From the IMG/VR virus record IMGVR_UViG_3300008255_000099, positions 119,412 to 183,411 of that record: 64,000 nt of DNA, one strand, 5' to 3'. How positions within the stretch are numbered: position 1 is the first letter of the stretch; the number at the start of each line of letters is the position of its first letter. Made by a program: the position numbers and the translations under genes. A model generated the notes under the pieces. The model worked only from the letters and a program-made list of their open reading frames with translations, searched no databases and was not told the DNA's origin. Source of the stretch: a virus. Shown piece by piece: positions 1 to 10,086 of the stretch.

Positions 1-259
1 AAACAATAGCAAGCTTTTCCAAATCTCTTTCAAAATCTTCACCTACTGAAAGATCAATAAAACTTTGTGCTAAATCAAGAAGATCCGATTGTTCTATCTC
101 TCTATCTCTTTTCTTAAAGATTGGTTCTTTTTTAAAAAGATGATATCTAATGTTTTCTTCTGTACATTCAAAACGCTCGGCTATTTCTTTTATTTTGGCT
201 TCTTTACCATAATAAAGAAGCGCCAGATCACTATTTACAACTGTTGCCATATTTTTCAT
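1..259 (-). CDS. HTH-containing protein, partial (runs off window start)
   Basis: Manual translation from ATG at 259: MKNMATVVNSDLALLYYGKEAKIKEIAERFECTEENIRYHLF...; IKEIAERFECTEENIRYHL is HTH-like; frame stays open to position 1. Confidence 0.6.
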   Translation of the reverse strand, partial: MKNMATVVNSDLALLYYGKEAKIKEIAERFECTEENIRYHLFKKEPIFKKRDREIEQSDLLDLAQSFIDLSVGEDFERDLEKLAIV

Positions 260-264
260 CCTTT

Positions 265-624
265 TTAATCAATAATTACTTTTTCTAGAGAGGAAATATC
301 TGCTGCTGATAGAACACAATTATCTCCTAATTCTGAAATATTAATTGGTGTAAATTCCATTTCAACTTCTTCTTGAAGTAATTCATTCAATTCTTCTGTA
401 AATTTCTTTATCTCTTCTTTTTTGACAGAGGTTTTCCCATCTTCTGTCTTTTCACCATATTTATTAACCAAATCAATTCTTACAGATTCAATTTGTGCAT
501 ATTCTTCATTAAGTTTACTCACAAGTTTTTTTAACTTCCAAGCTGTTTTAATTGGCAAATCTTGCCTAATAAGTTTGGTTAACGCTTCACTCATATTAAA
601 AATTTCAACTAATTTTAATTTCAT
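265..624 (-). CDS. conserved phage-type hypothetical helical protein
   Basis: ORF track 265..654; likely start MKLKLVEIF at 624 after an AAGGAAGGA RBS; LPIKTAWKL..L..EYAQIESVR..LVNKYGEKTEDG pattern resembles common phage small proteins. Confidence 0.7.
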   Translation of the reverse strand: MKLKLVEIFNMSEALTKLIRQDLPIKTAWKLKKLVSKLNEEYAQIESVRIDLVNKYGEKTEDGKTSVKKEEIKKFTEELNELLQEEVEMEFTPINISELGDNCVLSAADISSLEKVIID

Positions 625-641
625 GTTTTTATCCTTCCTTT

Positions 642-3600
642 TTATCCGCCACAAGTTTCATAATCTTCAAACTTGCATTGTCTACATCTAATTGCACAAG
701 ATCCTGGCAGTTTGACAGTATCACGGCTCCCACATTGAGGGCATGATTTCCCTGCTGGCTTTTCTCTTTTTGAAACACCATTTTGTGTCTTGTTTTTAGT
801 TTTTATTGCATGAACAACTTTTGCCTCTTGTGGGTCTCTATCGTCATCATCTTCATCTGGGACTTCAACCGCATCTTTATCCCCAAGATATTCATAAGCT
901 AAAACCCTTCCAATTACATCATACATAGATTTTGCCCATTTTATATTATCGTGAAGAACTTGCCCCCTCGGATCTTGTGTGATCGTCCTCATTGCATCAG
1001 TAAATTCTTCCAATGGGACATTGTACTGCAATGAGATGGAGACACACCTTGCAAGCAACCCTAATGTGGTTCTAGCAAAAGCATCTTCCTCTGCATAATC
1101 AATAAATATTTCACCAAGTCTTCCATCTGGATACTCACCTGTCCTCAAAAACATTTTATGTCTTGGTCCATTATACCCACCAATTTCAAATTCGTGAGTA
1201 TAACCAATCCTTTTTCTTGGTAATCTGTGCCGAATCGCTTCTTGGAAAGCTTCAACAGAAAACTCTGCATCTACCTGTTGATCTGTTAAATCTGCATTTA
1301 ACAACAATTTTTCATAATCAATTCCAGAGACAGAATTCAAAGGTTGTGAAAGTTTTGAACCATCACGATATAATGAGATGCATTTTAATCCAGACTTGTG
1401 AGCTTCAAAATGACAATTTTCTACTTCTTTAATCGTTATTTCATTCGGTGCATTAATTGTATTGTGGTTTATTATTCCGTTTGATATAAAAGCATGACTA
1501 TTTGGGACAGAAATATCGAAGACTTCTTTTATCCCATCTTGCTCAGAATATATAACCTTAGAGAAATGTATATTGTTTTCGACTATATCTATTAGGTTTT
1601 TTGGAATATCTATTTTATCATTAATCATATTTTTTATAGTATTAAATGATACATTAGACGTTCTTTTATCCGATAAATAATTATACTTTATTCTTAATTC
1701 TTTTGGAACCAAACTATATAAATATTTCAAGTTTTGATTAGGAATTATATCAGACGTTGATGGAAAATAATTAGACTCTTTAATTTTTATTAATTTTTTA
1801 TTTCTATACTCTTCATTAAACATCATTATGTTAGATAATAATTGTGCATAATACCCAGAGCAATATAATTCATAATAATTTCTTTTATATTTTTTATTAT
1901 ATTTTGCAATTATATTTGATAACACCCCAAGGTTTGATAATATATTTTTTAAATCTAATATTATAGATTTTGAGTTTAAGCAAATTCCAATCTTTGAATT
2001 ATATTTTTCATAAACCACATAACCATCTGACATCAATCCATTTATAAAATAAATTATATTATTTTTTGTTGATTGTAATATACAATCTGGAATTGTTTTT
2101 TCATATGATATATTGCCAATATTTATATTATTAAAAAATTCACAAAGATATTTAGACGAAATCCTAAGACAAGGGCATTTGTTTTCTGTCTCAATTATTT
2201 TACCATCTATATTAAATATGCTTTTAAACATATTGTTTGCTTTATCTAAAAGATCAATACAACTATTAGTAATTTGTATTGTATAGTTAGATTTTGAGAT
2301 ATTGCCTTCTGCCATATAGAATCCAATTAACCACGACAAATCATCACTCATTTTATCTGGAATATTTATTTCTTTTTGAGCCCCCCATTTTTTTGATAAT
2401 TTAAAATTAAATTCATTTGATAATTTAAAATTAAATTCATTTGAAGACCATAAATCAGATCCTATTTTAGTCGCAACATAATCTTTGTTTTGAATATTAT
2501 ATAGTTGTTTCCATTCTAAATTTCCATCATCATTCATACAATACAAGGGGTGATTAAATGTTCCAGTAATTTCACTGCCGTCTTTTAAAATTATTTTCTT
2601 AACTGGTTTAAATCCACCATAATAAAAAGAATCTGTATTTTCACGAGAATCAATTGAATCAATTTTAATATTACAATTAGAAAAGGTATTGGGTAATTCA
2701 TTGCTCCGCAGAGAACCTATTCTTAATAATCCTCTATCCGTAAATAAGAGACTTTCACCAGTTATACATTTTGAAATAGATCCACTTAGGAATGGTTGGA
2801 CAGCACTAACAGCACGGATATGGGCTAGATAAGGGATATATCTAGTGCCATAATCCCCACACTTACTAGCACAATCAAAAATGACATAATGATCTTCATT
2901 TAAGTATGGTGCCCCTTCTACTGTACCTCTACCACAAATGTAATCGTTAGCCTCTCTTATTTCTTCTTCTGAAAATCCTAGATAATTTATAATTGAAAAA
3001 TAATCATCTGCTAACATTTCTTCTGGTATTTTTAAAACATCCTTACAAAAACTTTCTCCAAGGACAAACTTGTTAAATGAATTAGAGATGTGATAAGCTC
3101 CATCTAATGATTTATTTAATGATTCAATTTGTTCTATTGAGAATTTTTTTCTAATTAATGTTTCGATATTGATATTCGGACATTTATCATCTATAATCTT
3201 TTTACCAATGATATAATCTATAATTTCTATTATCTGATTTTCTGTATAACCAAGATTTTTCAGAGCAATTGGGACACTGTTGTTAGCTATTTTCATATAT
3301 CCACCACCAGAAAGCTTTTTGTATTTAATTAAAGCAAAATCTGGTTCAATTCCCAATGTGTCACAATTCATAACAAGCCCAATTGTTCCGACTGGTGCAA
3401 TCACAGAAACAAAAGAGTTCCTAAATCCGAATTCTTCGCCAAGTTCTAAAACCTGATCCCAAATTTGCCTTGCTTTAACCAAAAGGTATTCTGGGCAATA
3501 ATCTATATCTATTCCTCGTGGAGCAACATTTAAATCTTCATATTCTTCTGACAAAGAATTGTAAGAAGCCCTCCGGTGGTTTCTAATAACCTTCAACATA

Positions 3601-6176
3601 CAATCTTGGTTGTCTTCATATCTTGGGAAGGGACCAATTTCCTTTGAAAGCATTGCACTTGTTTTGTATGCTTGACTTGTCATCAATGATGTAACAACAC
3701 CCATCCAAGCTAAAGCCTCTTCACTATCATAAGGTATCCCTTGTCTCATTAGCAAAGCACCTAGATCAGTGTAGCCAACTCCGATTGTTCTATAATTATA
3801 TGTCCCCTGTGCAATCCCAGGTGTTGAAAGAATAGCACCTTCGACAGACATTTCCAGTGCAATTGTTACTAAGTTGCATAGATGAAGAAATTTTTCAATA
3901 TCAAATTCTTCATCAAAAAACTTGGTCAATCTGATTGAACAAAGGTTACAGGCAGTATCATCCAAAAAATGATATTCTCCACAGTTAGAAACAACAATCC
4001 CATTAGCAACAAAATAATGTGTATAATTTTCAGTTAGATCATACACATCTTCATTGATATTATTATCTTCGAAAGAGACAATAACATCAGTTAAATCGTC
4101 TGAATAAAATTCATATTTCAATATTTCTTCAAGTTTGTTTTGTTTATCACTAGACTTATGTAAACTTATCTCATTATAAAACTTTATAATATTTTCTTTA
4201 TAAATTCTTAAAGAGTATTCTTCTGTTTTTAAAATTTTTGATTTTATTCCAAAAGAAAGAAGAAGTAGTTGAACTTGTTTTAATAAATTAAGAGATTTTA
4301 GATTTAATGAAACATCTATTACCCCACTTGACAAATTGAACGCAACTATTCCATCGGAGATAAATAAATCTGAGATAATAGACGCAACAGATTCTTTATT
4401 TAATGAAAAAACCTCATCTATAAAAGATTCTTGATTAATCTCAGAATTTAAAATTATGTATTCTTTTCGATTGTCAATTTCTTTTTCCCCGAATGGGGAT
4501 CCTATTAGATTTATTTTGTCTTCTCCTAAAACTATTTCACTAGCTTTAACTTTTCCTTTGCCTATAACTCCTAATTTATGATCTTCTGTTAAATCAATTT
4601 CATAGCCACAACTTGTCGTTAATTTATATGTTCTCTTATTACCTGTTAAAACAATATTCGTAGCACGATGAAGTTCTCCATCAGAACCTATGATATCAAT
4701 CTCTTTCCCAATTATATCTTTAATTTTTTGTAGCCCATTTTCTGTCGCTACAAATGTCTCCCCACTAACACAAGGGTTACTTGACACAATTCTTCCGTCG
4801 TTTGAACAAGTGTTCCAAGAATTAATTGTTGTGTCAAAGAAAACACCAGGATCTGCACAAGACCATGAGGATTGATTTATCTTATCCCAAAGACTTCTAG
4901 CCTTCATTGTCTTGAAAACTTTTTTATCAATCCTGTTAACTAAATTCCAATCAACATCTTGTTCAACTGCCTTTAAAAACTCATCTGTTAAACTAACAGA
5001 ATTGTTAGAATTTTGTCCAGAAACAGTTCGATATGCATCGCCGTTAAAAGAATTGTTTAATTCACAAAAATCAAAAGATTTAACTCCTTGTTTTGCAAGA
5101 GATATCGCTCTAAATACATAATTAAGTTCAACTTCATTTTCTTTTGCTTCTTGAATTAAGTTAAGAATGTTAGGATGTTCTTCTGAAGCCTCTTCACCAA
5201 GATCATTCCATTCTTTAATTATTTTGTTCAAAATTCTGTTGTTAATTTTAGATCCTGTGATCAAACTAGCAACTTTCTGCTCTTCCTTTGATTTCCAATC
5301 AATAAATTCCTCAATCTCTGGGTGATCTACATTCAGAACAACAATTTTTGCCGCCCTGCGGCTTACTCCACCTGATTTTACAGAATCAGCAGAACGATCA
5401 AAAATCTTCAAGAAGCTCATTAATCCACTTGATTGTCCTCCACCACTCAAACCTTCATTAGCACCTCTCAACTTCGAGAAATTTGAGCCCACCCCAGAAC
5501 CTCTTTTGAAAACTTTTGCTTCTGTTGATAATTGCTCATAAATGCTATTTTCTCCGAACATAGAATCTTCTATTGGAAGGATGAAGCACGCTTGGCTTTG
5601 CTGTCTAACAATGGATTCTTCTGGATTTAAAGAAGCCTCTTTGATTGTTCCTGTTTTTGGATCAAAATAAAAATAACCAGGATCTTTATTTTCAATTCCG
5701 TAAGCCCAACCCAATCCAGTGTTAAACCATTGAGGAGAATTCGGAGCCCACATCTGATGAATTAAACCATAAGCCAATTCATCAAAAAAACAATCTGCCT
5801 CTTCAATTGTTTTCACTAACTTGCTTTTAATTAACCAATATGTCCAAGTCCCAACCATCCTGTCAATGCATTGTTTTAAAGAATTCTCTCCTGAAAATTC
5901 TGCTCCTTCTGCTGGGACAGAACGATAATATTTTTCAAATCCTTCAAGCTCTTTTTCTACGACTTTAATTGTTGAATTCGGAACTTGTTTTCTTCTGAAA
6001 TATTTAGAAGCTAAAATATTGATTGCATTTTGTTCCCAAAAATCTGGGACTTCAACATTGTCTTGTTTAAAAATAATAAGACCAGATTCATCCAACACCT
6101 CTGCAACACAGGACTTCCATACGACTTCATCATAAACACTTCCATCACCTTTTGTAAAAACTCTCTTAAACTCCAT
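642..6176 (-). CDS. nrdJ: class II (adenosylcobalamin-dependent) ribonucleotide reductase with two inteins
   Basis: Motifs WAPNSPQWFNTGL, QACFI, GSGVGSNFS, RRAAKIVVLNVDHPEI, ADPGVFF; SNP|CGE and TACNL after splicing; APVGTIGLVMNCDTLGIEPDF; LYRDGSK; C-terminal TSCPD-like region and CxxC...CxxC; no small-subunit gene nearby. Confidence 0.95.
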   Translation of the reverse strand: MEFKRVFTKGDGSVYDEVVWKSCVAEVLDESGLIIFKQDNVEVPDFWEQNAINILASKYFRRKQVPNSTIKVVEKELEGFEKYYRSVPAEGAEFSGENSLKQCIDRMVGTWTYWLIKSKLVKTIEEADCFFDELAYGLIHQMWAPNSPQWFNTGLGWAYGIENKDPGYFYFDPKTGTIKEASLNPEESIVRQQSQACFILPIEDSMFGENSIYEQLSTEAKVFKRGSGVGSNFSKLRGANEGLSGGGQSSGLMSFLKIFDRSADSVKSGGVSRRAAKIVVLNVDHPEIEEFIDWKSKEEQKVASLITGSKINNRILNKIIKEWNDLGEEASEEHPNILNLIQEAKENEVELNYVFRAISLAKQGVKSFDFCELNNSFNGDAYRTVSGQNSNNSVSLTDEFLKAVEQDVDWNLVNRIDKKVFKTMKARSLWDKINQSSWSCADPGVFFDTTINSWNTCSNDGRIVSSNPCVSGETFVATENGLQKIKDIIGKEIDIIGSDGELHRATNIVLTGNKRTYKLTTSCGYEIDLTEDHKLGVIGKGKVKASEIVLGEDKINLIGSPFGEKEIDNRKEYIILNSEINQESFIDEVFSLNKESVASIISDLFISDGIVAFNLSSGVIDVSLNLKSLNLLKQVQLLLLSFGIKSKILKTEEYSLRIYKENIIKFYNEISLHKSSDKQNKLEEILKYEFYSDDLTDVIVSFEDNNINEDVYDLTENYTHYFVANGIVVSNCGEYHFLDDTACNLCSIRLTKFFDEEFDIEKFLHLCNLVTIALEMSVEGAILSTPGIAQGTYNYRTIGVGYTDLGALLMRQGIPYDSEEALAWMGVVTSLMTSQAYKTSAMLSKEIGPFPRYEDNQDCMLKVIRNHRRASYNSLSEEYEDLNVAPRGIDIDYCPEYLLVKARQIWDQVLELGEEFGFRNSFVSVIAPVGTIGLVMNCDTLGIEPDFALIKYKKLSGGGYMKIANNSVPIALKNLGYTENQIIEIIDYIIGKKIIDDKCPNINIETLIRKKFSIEQIESLNKSLDGAYHISNSFNKFVLGESFCKDVLKIPEEMLADDYFSIINYLGFSEEEIREANDYICGRGTVEGAPYLNEDHYVIFDCASKCGDYGTRYIPYLAHIRAVSAVQPFLSGSISKCITGESLLFTDRGLLRIGSLRSNELPNTFSNCNIKIDSIDSRENTDSFYYGGFKPVKKIILKDGSEITGTFNHPLYCMNDDGNLEWKQLYNIQNKDYVATKIGSDLWSSNEFNFKLSNEFNFKLSKKWGAQKEINIPDKMSDDLSWLIGFYMAEGNISKSNYTIQITNSCIDLLDKANNMFKSIFNIDGKIIETENKCPCLRISSKYLCEFFNNINIGNISYEKTIPDCILQSTKNNIIYFINGLMSDGYVVYEKYNSKIGICLNSKSIILDLKNILSNLGVLSNIIAKYNKKYKRNYYELYCSGYYAQLLSNIMMFNEEYRNKKLIKIKESNYFPSTSDIIPNQNLKYLYSLVPKELRIKYNYLSDKRTSNVSFNTIKNMINDKIDIPKNLIDIVENNIHFSKVIYSEQDGIKEVFDISVPNSHAFISNGIINHNTINAPNEITIKEVENCHFEAHKSGLKCISLYRDGSKLSQPLNSVSGIDYEKLLLNADLTDQQVDAEFSVEAFQEAIRHRLPRKRIGYTHEFEIGGYNGPRHKMFLRTGEYPDGRLGEIFIDYAEEDAFARTTLGLLARCVSISLQYNVPLEEFTDAMRTITQDPRGQVLHDNIKWAKSMYDVIGRVLAYEYLGDKDAVEVPDEDDDDRDPQEAKVVHAIKTKNKTQNGVSKREKPAGKSCPQCGSRDTVKLPGSCAIRCRQCKFEDYETCGG
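1461..2768 (-). mobile_element. intein 2 in NrdJ (436 aa) with LAGLIDADG homing endonuclease
   Basis: SISK|CITGESLL...HAFISNGIINHN|TIN; blocks LIGFYMAEGN and FINGLMSDGY; +1 residue Thr. Confidence 0.93.
2392..2444. repeat. 24-bp exact tandem duplication inside intein 2
   Basis: TTTGATAATTTAAAATTAAATTCA x2 plus TTTGA; encodes SNEFNFKL twice. Confidence 0.95.
3984..4772 (-). mobile_element. intein 1 in NrdJ (263 aa) with truncated endonuclease
   Basis: SSNP|CVSGETFV...HYFVANGIVVSN|CGEY; only the second LAGLIDADG-like block (ISDLFISDG) is visible; penultimate residue Ser rather than His. Confidence 0.92.
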
Positions 6177-6276
6177 TTTTTCTCCTATTTTTATTTATCG
6201 ACAATTATCACGTCAAAAAAATAAACTTAAAAATTGCAACACCTCGAACCAACGTCACACTACGAGAGGCACGCTC

Positions 6277-6284
6277 ATTATACA
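6277..6284 (-). promoter_or_regulatory. putative -10 box (TGTATAAT) upstream of nrdJ
   Basis: TGTATAAT on minus strand about 100 nt upstream of the start; same 8-mer recurs in several intergenic gaps. Confidence 0.6.
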
Positions 6285-6294
6285 CCAAGAAAAT

Positions 6295-6723
6295 TTATAA
6301 TCCACTTGGTTTTTCTTCGCTCATATCTCTAATTTTAAAGCAAAATGCTTGAACAGCTTTTTTGGATTTTAGCTTTAAATATTCAATTGCTATGTTGATA
6401 AAAATTGTCAAACCCGTCAGATCCACACCTCGCCATTTAAAAGCAACACTAAACTCTCTAATTAAAAATAGTCCAGTAATAGTTAAACCTATGTTAATAA
6501 CAGGAGAGATGGAAGGGATGCAAGACAGCAACAACATAAAAATATATGAAATAATACTACCTAAAAATCTTTTAGAAAAAATAACTAAATCAAAATCATC
6601 AACTTCTGATGAAAATGCAATGTTATCTAATGCTGCGATTAAACTAATAATTGCAATTACAAATATTGTAAAAAATTGTGGTCTTAAAAAACTATCGACA
6701 ATTATGCTAATATAACTATTCAT
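6295..6723 (-). CDS. multi-pass membrane protein (possibly holin-like)
   Basis: 142 aa, 3-4 hydrophobic segments, basic C-terminal tail. Confidence 0.6.
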   Translation of the reverse strand: MNSYISIIVDSFLRPQFFTIFVIAIISLIAALDNIAFSSEVDDFDLVIFSKRFLGSIISYIFMLLLSCIPSISPVINIGLTITGLFLIREFSVAFKWRGVDLTGLTIFINIAIEYLKLKSKKAVQAFCFKIRDMSEEKPSGL

Positions 6724-6735
6724 TTAATAGACTCC

Positions 6736-6972
6736 CTATGCTAATTCGTAGCTAAATCTTTTAATATATTTTATTTGATCTATTGGGGAAGATTTTCTCA
6801 TAGCCATCATAACTAATTGCTTTGGAAAATCACTTTCAAGTTCAACATCTTCTTCAAGTTCAATTTCTGTTTGTTTCTTTAGTGCAGCAGAATAAAGTAT
6901 TTCTTCTTTTATATCTTTGGGGGCAGTTTTCATAGCATTCTCAAATTCTATCCAGGGTTTTGAAATCCTCAT
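6736..6972 (-). CDS. hypothetical protein
   Basis: 78 aa ORF with AAGGAGA RBS. Confidence 0.7.
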   Translation of the reverse strand: MRISKPWIEFENAMKTAPKDIKEEILYSAALKKQTEIELEEDVELESDFPKQLVMMAMRKSSPIDQIKYIKRFSYELA

Positions 6973-7103
6973 CAGTCTCTCCTTCGAATCATAATTCTAA
7001 CTCATATCATTCTTTTTGTATCTTATTATTGCTACAATCAAAAAATTTATACCTCTTTGGTTTAATTAATTTTTGGAATTTTTTTATACTTTTTTTGGTT
7101 TAG

Positions 7104-7111
7104 TGTATAAT
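7104..7111 (+). promoter_or_regulatory. putative -10 box (TGTATAAT) upstream of prkA operon
   Basis: TGTATAAT 78 nt upstream of ATG 7189 in a divergent intergenic gap. Confidence 0.6.
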
Positions 7112-7188
7112 ACATCAAACGACACCGAATATCATTTAAATTGTGGAAAAACAGATCGGCGTTAATGATTCTTGAAAGGAGCATATGA

Positions 7189-9192
7189 ATGAACATTTTT
7201 GATGTTATCAAACAAGAAAAAGGTAAGATAAATGAAGAAAGCAACAAACTAAAATGGTCTGGAACTATGGAAGAATATGTACAATTAGTTTTAGACAACC
7301 CTAACGTAGCAGCCCTATCACATAAAAGAATGGAGAATATGGTCATTAATAATGGTACGGAATGGGTTGATAAAGAAGACGGGAGAGGGAAAAGAATAAA
7401 ATATAAATTCTTTGAAGATAAATTGTTTGGTGTCGAAGATACTATTGAAAAAATAGTTGATTATTTCAAGTCTGGTGGTCAAAGACTTCCGACTAGAAAA
7501 AGAATACTTCTTTTGATGGGTCCTCCTGGTGGCGGGAAATCAACAATTGTAATTTCCTTAAAAGAAGGATTAGAAGAATACACTAAAACAGATGAAGGAG
7601 CTATCTATAAAATCAAAGGATGCCCAATGAACGAAGAGCCTCTTCATGCTCTTCCAAAATCAGTTCATGATATTTTGCTTGAAGAGCATAAAATTTTCAC
7701 AGAGGGAACTTTGTGCCCTGTCTGTAAATGGCGATTGGACAATGAGTTTGATGGTGATTGGACAAAATTCGAAGTCGAAAGATTTATTTTTGACGAACAA
7801 ACCAGAAACGGGATTGGAACCTTTGCCCCATCTGACAGAAAAGTTCAAGACATTGCCGAATTGGTGGGTTCAATCAACCTTGCAAAAATAGGTGATTTCG
7901 GAGATGAATCAGATCCAAGAACTTATGATTTCAACGGTGAATTAAACATTTCCAACAGAGGTATGGTTGAATTTATTGAGATGTTAAAAGCTGGTGATGA
8001 ATTCCTTTATGCTTTGTTAACTCTTTCACAAGAAAACAACATAAAAACACCAAGGTTCTCTTTGATCTATGCAGACGAAGTAATCATTGCACATACCAAC
8101 GAGACAGAATGGCAGAAATTCATTTCAAAACCAGAAAATGAAGCATTAAGAGATAGGGTTATTACAATAATTTCTCCTTATAACTTAAAATTAAGAGATG
8201 AAGTTAAAATTAATGAAAAACTTCTTAATGAATCTGGGCAAAAAGATATTCATATCGCACCACATACATTAGAAGTAGCTTCTATGGTTGCAATTATGTC
8301 CAGACTCGATCTTCCGAAAGATACTTCAATTGATTTAATTAAAAAGATGAAAGCATACAATGATGAGGAAGTTGAAGGTTTAAGAAGACAAGAAGTAGAT
8401 GAAATGAAAAGCTCTTCTGAAAGAGAAGGGATGGATGGTCTTGGACCAAGATATATTTCTAACTGCCTCTCAAAAGCTATTACAAAATCAAGAGAAGAAC
8501 TCAGAAAAAGAATATCTGAACAAGACACAAGTGATCTTTACGCTGTTAAGACAGAAGAGCTTGAGAAAATGAAGATTCCATTTGATCCAATTATGATTAT
8601 GCATAGCATTTTAAGTGAAATCCGTGAAGATCCTAAAATGCCACACGACCAAAAACAAAAACTTGAGAACATTGTTCAAATGGCAAAAGAAGAGTTCGAC
8701 AGATTGGTAACAATTGATGTCCACAAGGCTTTTGTCTATGGTTTCGAAGATGAAGCTAAAGATATGTTCAAAAGTTATATTGATCATGCAATATCATATT
8801 GTCAAGATGACAAAGTTGTTAATCCGATAACTGGAGAAAAAGAAAATCCGAATGAAGAATTTATGCGCTCAATCGAAATGCACGCAAATGTTAAAGAAGC
8901 AGCAAAAGATGAGTTCAGAACAGAAATTCTTCGCAGAATGGCCGCATATGGACATCAGAATAAAGAATTTAATTATAACACTCATAAAGCATTAAAAGAA
9001 GCAATTCAAAAAGAGATTTTTGATCGAAGAAAAGATGCTATTCATATGACAACAAATTCAATCAATCCTGATCCAGAACAATTAGAAGAATTAAATCGGG
9101 TCATCAAGCGCATGTGTACAGAAATGAAATATGATCCAATCTCTGCAAACAGAGCATTGAGATATGTTAGTAGAATTAATTCAAGAGGATAA
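7189..9192 (+). CDS. prkA: PrkA/YeaG family AAA+ ATPase / serine protein kinase
   Basis: RKRILLLMGPPGGGKST Walker A; IKGCPMNEEPLH; LCPVC; GIGTFAPSD..QDIAELVGS; GELNISNRGMVEFIEMLK; IAHTNETE; IAPHTLEVA. Confidence 0.95.
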   Translation: MNIFDVIKQEKGKINEESNKLKWSGTMEEYVQLVLDNPNVAALSHKRMENMVINNGTEWVDKEDGRGKRIKYKFFEDKLFGVEDTIEKIVDYFKSGGQRLPTRKRILLLMGPPGGGKSTIVISLKEGLEEYTKTDEGAIYKIKGCPMNEEPLHALPKSVHDILLEEHKIFTEGTLCPVCKWRLDNEFDGDWTKFEVERFIFDEQTRNGIGTFAPSDRKVQDIAELVGSINLAKIGDFGDESDPRTYDFNGELNISNRGMVEFIEMLKAGDEFLYALLTLSQENNIKTPRFSLIYADEVIIAHTNETEWQKFISKPENEALRDRVITIISPYNLKLRDEVKINEKLLNESGQKDIHIAPHTLEVASMVAIMSRLDLPKDTSIDLIKKMKAYNDEEVEGLRRQEVDEMKSSSEREGMDGLGPRYISNCLSKAITKSREELRKRISEQDTSDLYAVKTEELEKMKIPFDPIMIMHSILSEIREDPKMPHDQKQKLENIVQMAKEEFDRLVTIDVHKAFVYGFEDEAKDMFKSYIDHAISYCQDDKVVNPITGEKENPNEEFMRSIEMHANVKEAAKDEFRTEILRRMAAYGHQNKEFNYNTHKALKEAIQKEIFDRRKDAIHMTTNSINPDPEQLEELNRVIKRMCTEMKYDPISANRALRYVSRINSRG

Positions 9193-9196
9193 AAAC

Positions 9197-9433
9197 ATGA
9201 CTTATGATATAATTATTCCAATTCAAGGAATGTGTTCAGAATCAAAAACAGATTTAGCCAAAAGGATTAAATCTATTTTGAAAGAAGAATACAAACGGGT
9301 CGATGTTTTATGTGAAGATGACGATGGATTCCATGATGGTCTTTCTGAAAATGAAACAATTTTAATCAGGACAGTTCCAACCCCTGATGATTATTATAAT
9401 AACATACCTAAAGTAATTTATGGAGAGGTTTAG
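9197..9433 (+). CDS. hypothetical protein
   Basis: ORF track 9164..9433; ATG at 9197 follows a GAGGA RBS at the prkA stop. Confidence 0.7.
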   Translation: MTYDIIIPIQGMCSESKTDLAKRIKSILKEEYKRVDVLCEDDDGFHDGLSENETILIRTVPTPDDYYNNIPKVIYGEV

Positions 9434-9441
9434 AGGTTTAA

Positions 9442-9855
9442 ATGAGTTATTTAATTTTAAAATGTGAACATTTCAAAAAAGATTTAAATGCAATACCAAT
9501 TATTTATGATGAAGAGAATTCTTTTAAAGAAGCAAATAAAAAATTTGCTTCTTTAAAAGAATTAGAAAATCTTCAAAGTTTTTATATCGAAGTTGATGAT
9601 GCTAAAAAGTTTAAATGGGACGAAGATTTGTTGATGTTAAGCATCTCAACAGATGATTTTTTATTTTTTAATTCAATACTTGATCAATTAAGAACTTTTA
9701 GAAGGCTTTTCCTTCCTTGTTTAACTCTTGAACCAATTTTTGGTGAAATGCAGAAAATAGAATTTTTAAACAATTTTTCAATTGATTTTTCATTAGAAGA
9801 AGTTTTAAACACACCATTAATTACAGTTGTTATGGTTGATTTGCTTGAGGAGTAG
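9442..9855 (+). CDS. hypothetical protein
   Basis: 137 aa ORF, GAGG RBS, within operon. Confidence 0.7.
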   Translation: MSYLILKCEHFKKDLNAIPIIYDEENSFKEANKKFASLKELENLQSFYIEVDDAKKFKWDEDLLMLSISTDDFLFFNSILDQLRTFRRLFLPCLTLEPIFGEMQKIEFLNNFSIDFSLEEVLNTPLITVVMVDLLEE

Positions 9856-9859
9856 AAAA

Positions 9860-10068
9860 ATGTCATTAATTGAAAGGAATAAATTTGAAGAAAAAGAGAA
9901 GACAATATCTGGGCATAATCCATTAGAAGGACGAGCTATTTTAAAATAATTGTTTTAGCAGATGATGGTTGTGATTATAATTGGGAAGAAAGGACATGGA
10001 GTCACATAGAAATGAATCCATCTGAAAAAATAGATATAGATAAATCTTTAAATAGTTTTTATAATTAA
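9860..10068 (+). pseudogene. small gene split by a -1 frameshift (programmed or mutational)
   Basis: GAGGAG RBS and ATG 9860 give 29 codons ending T TTA AAA TAA; the -1 frame continues IIVLADDGCDYNWEE...FYN to TAA 10068. Confidence 0.5.
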
Positions 10069-10086
10069 GAAAAGAAAGGTAAAAGA

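Noticed and set aside
6238-6276. tRNA-like GGTTCGAG in the nrdJ leader, or a cobalamin riboswitch / NrdR box
   Set aside because: No cloverleaf can be built, the leader is too short for a B12 riboswitch, and no NrdR-box palindrome is seen
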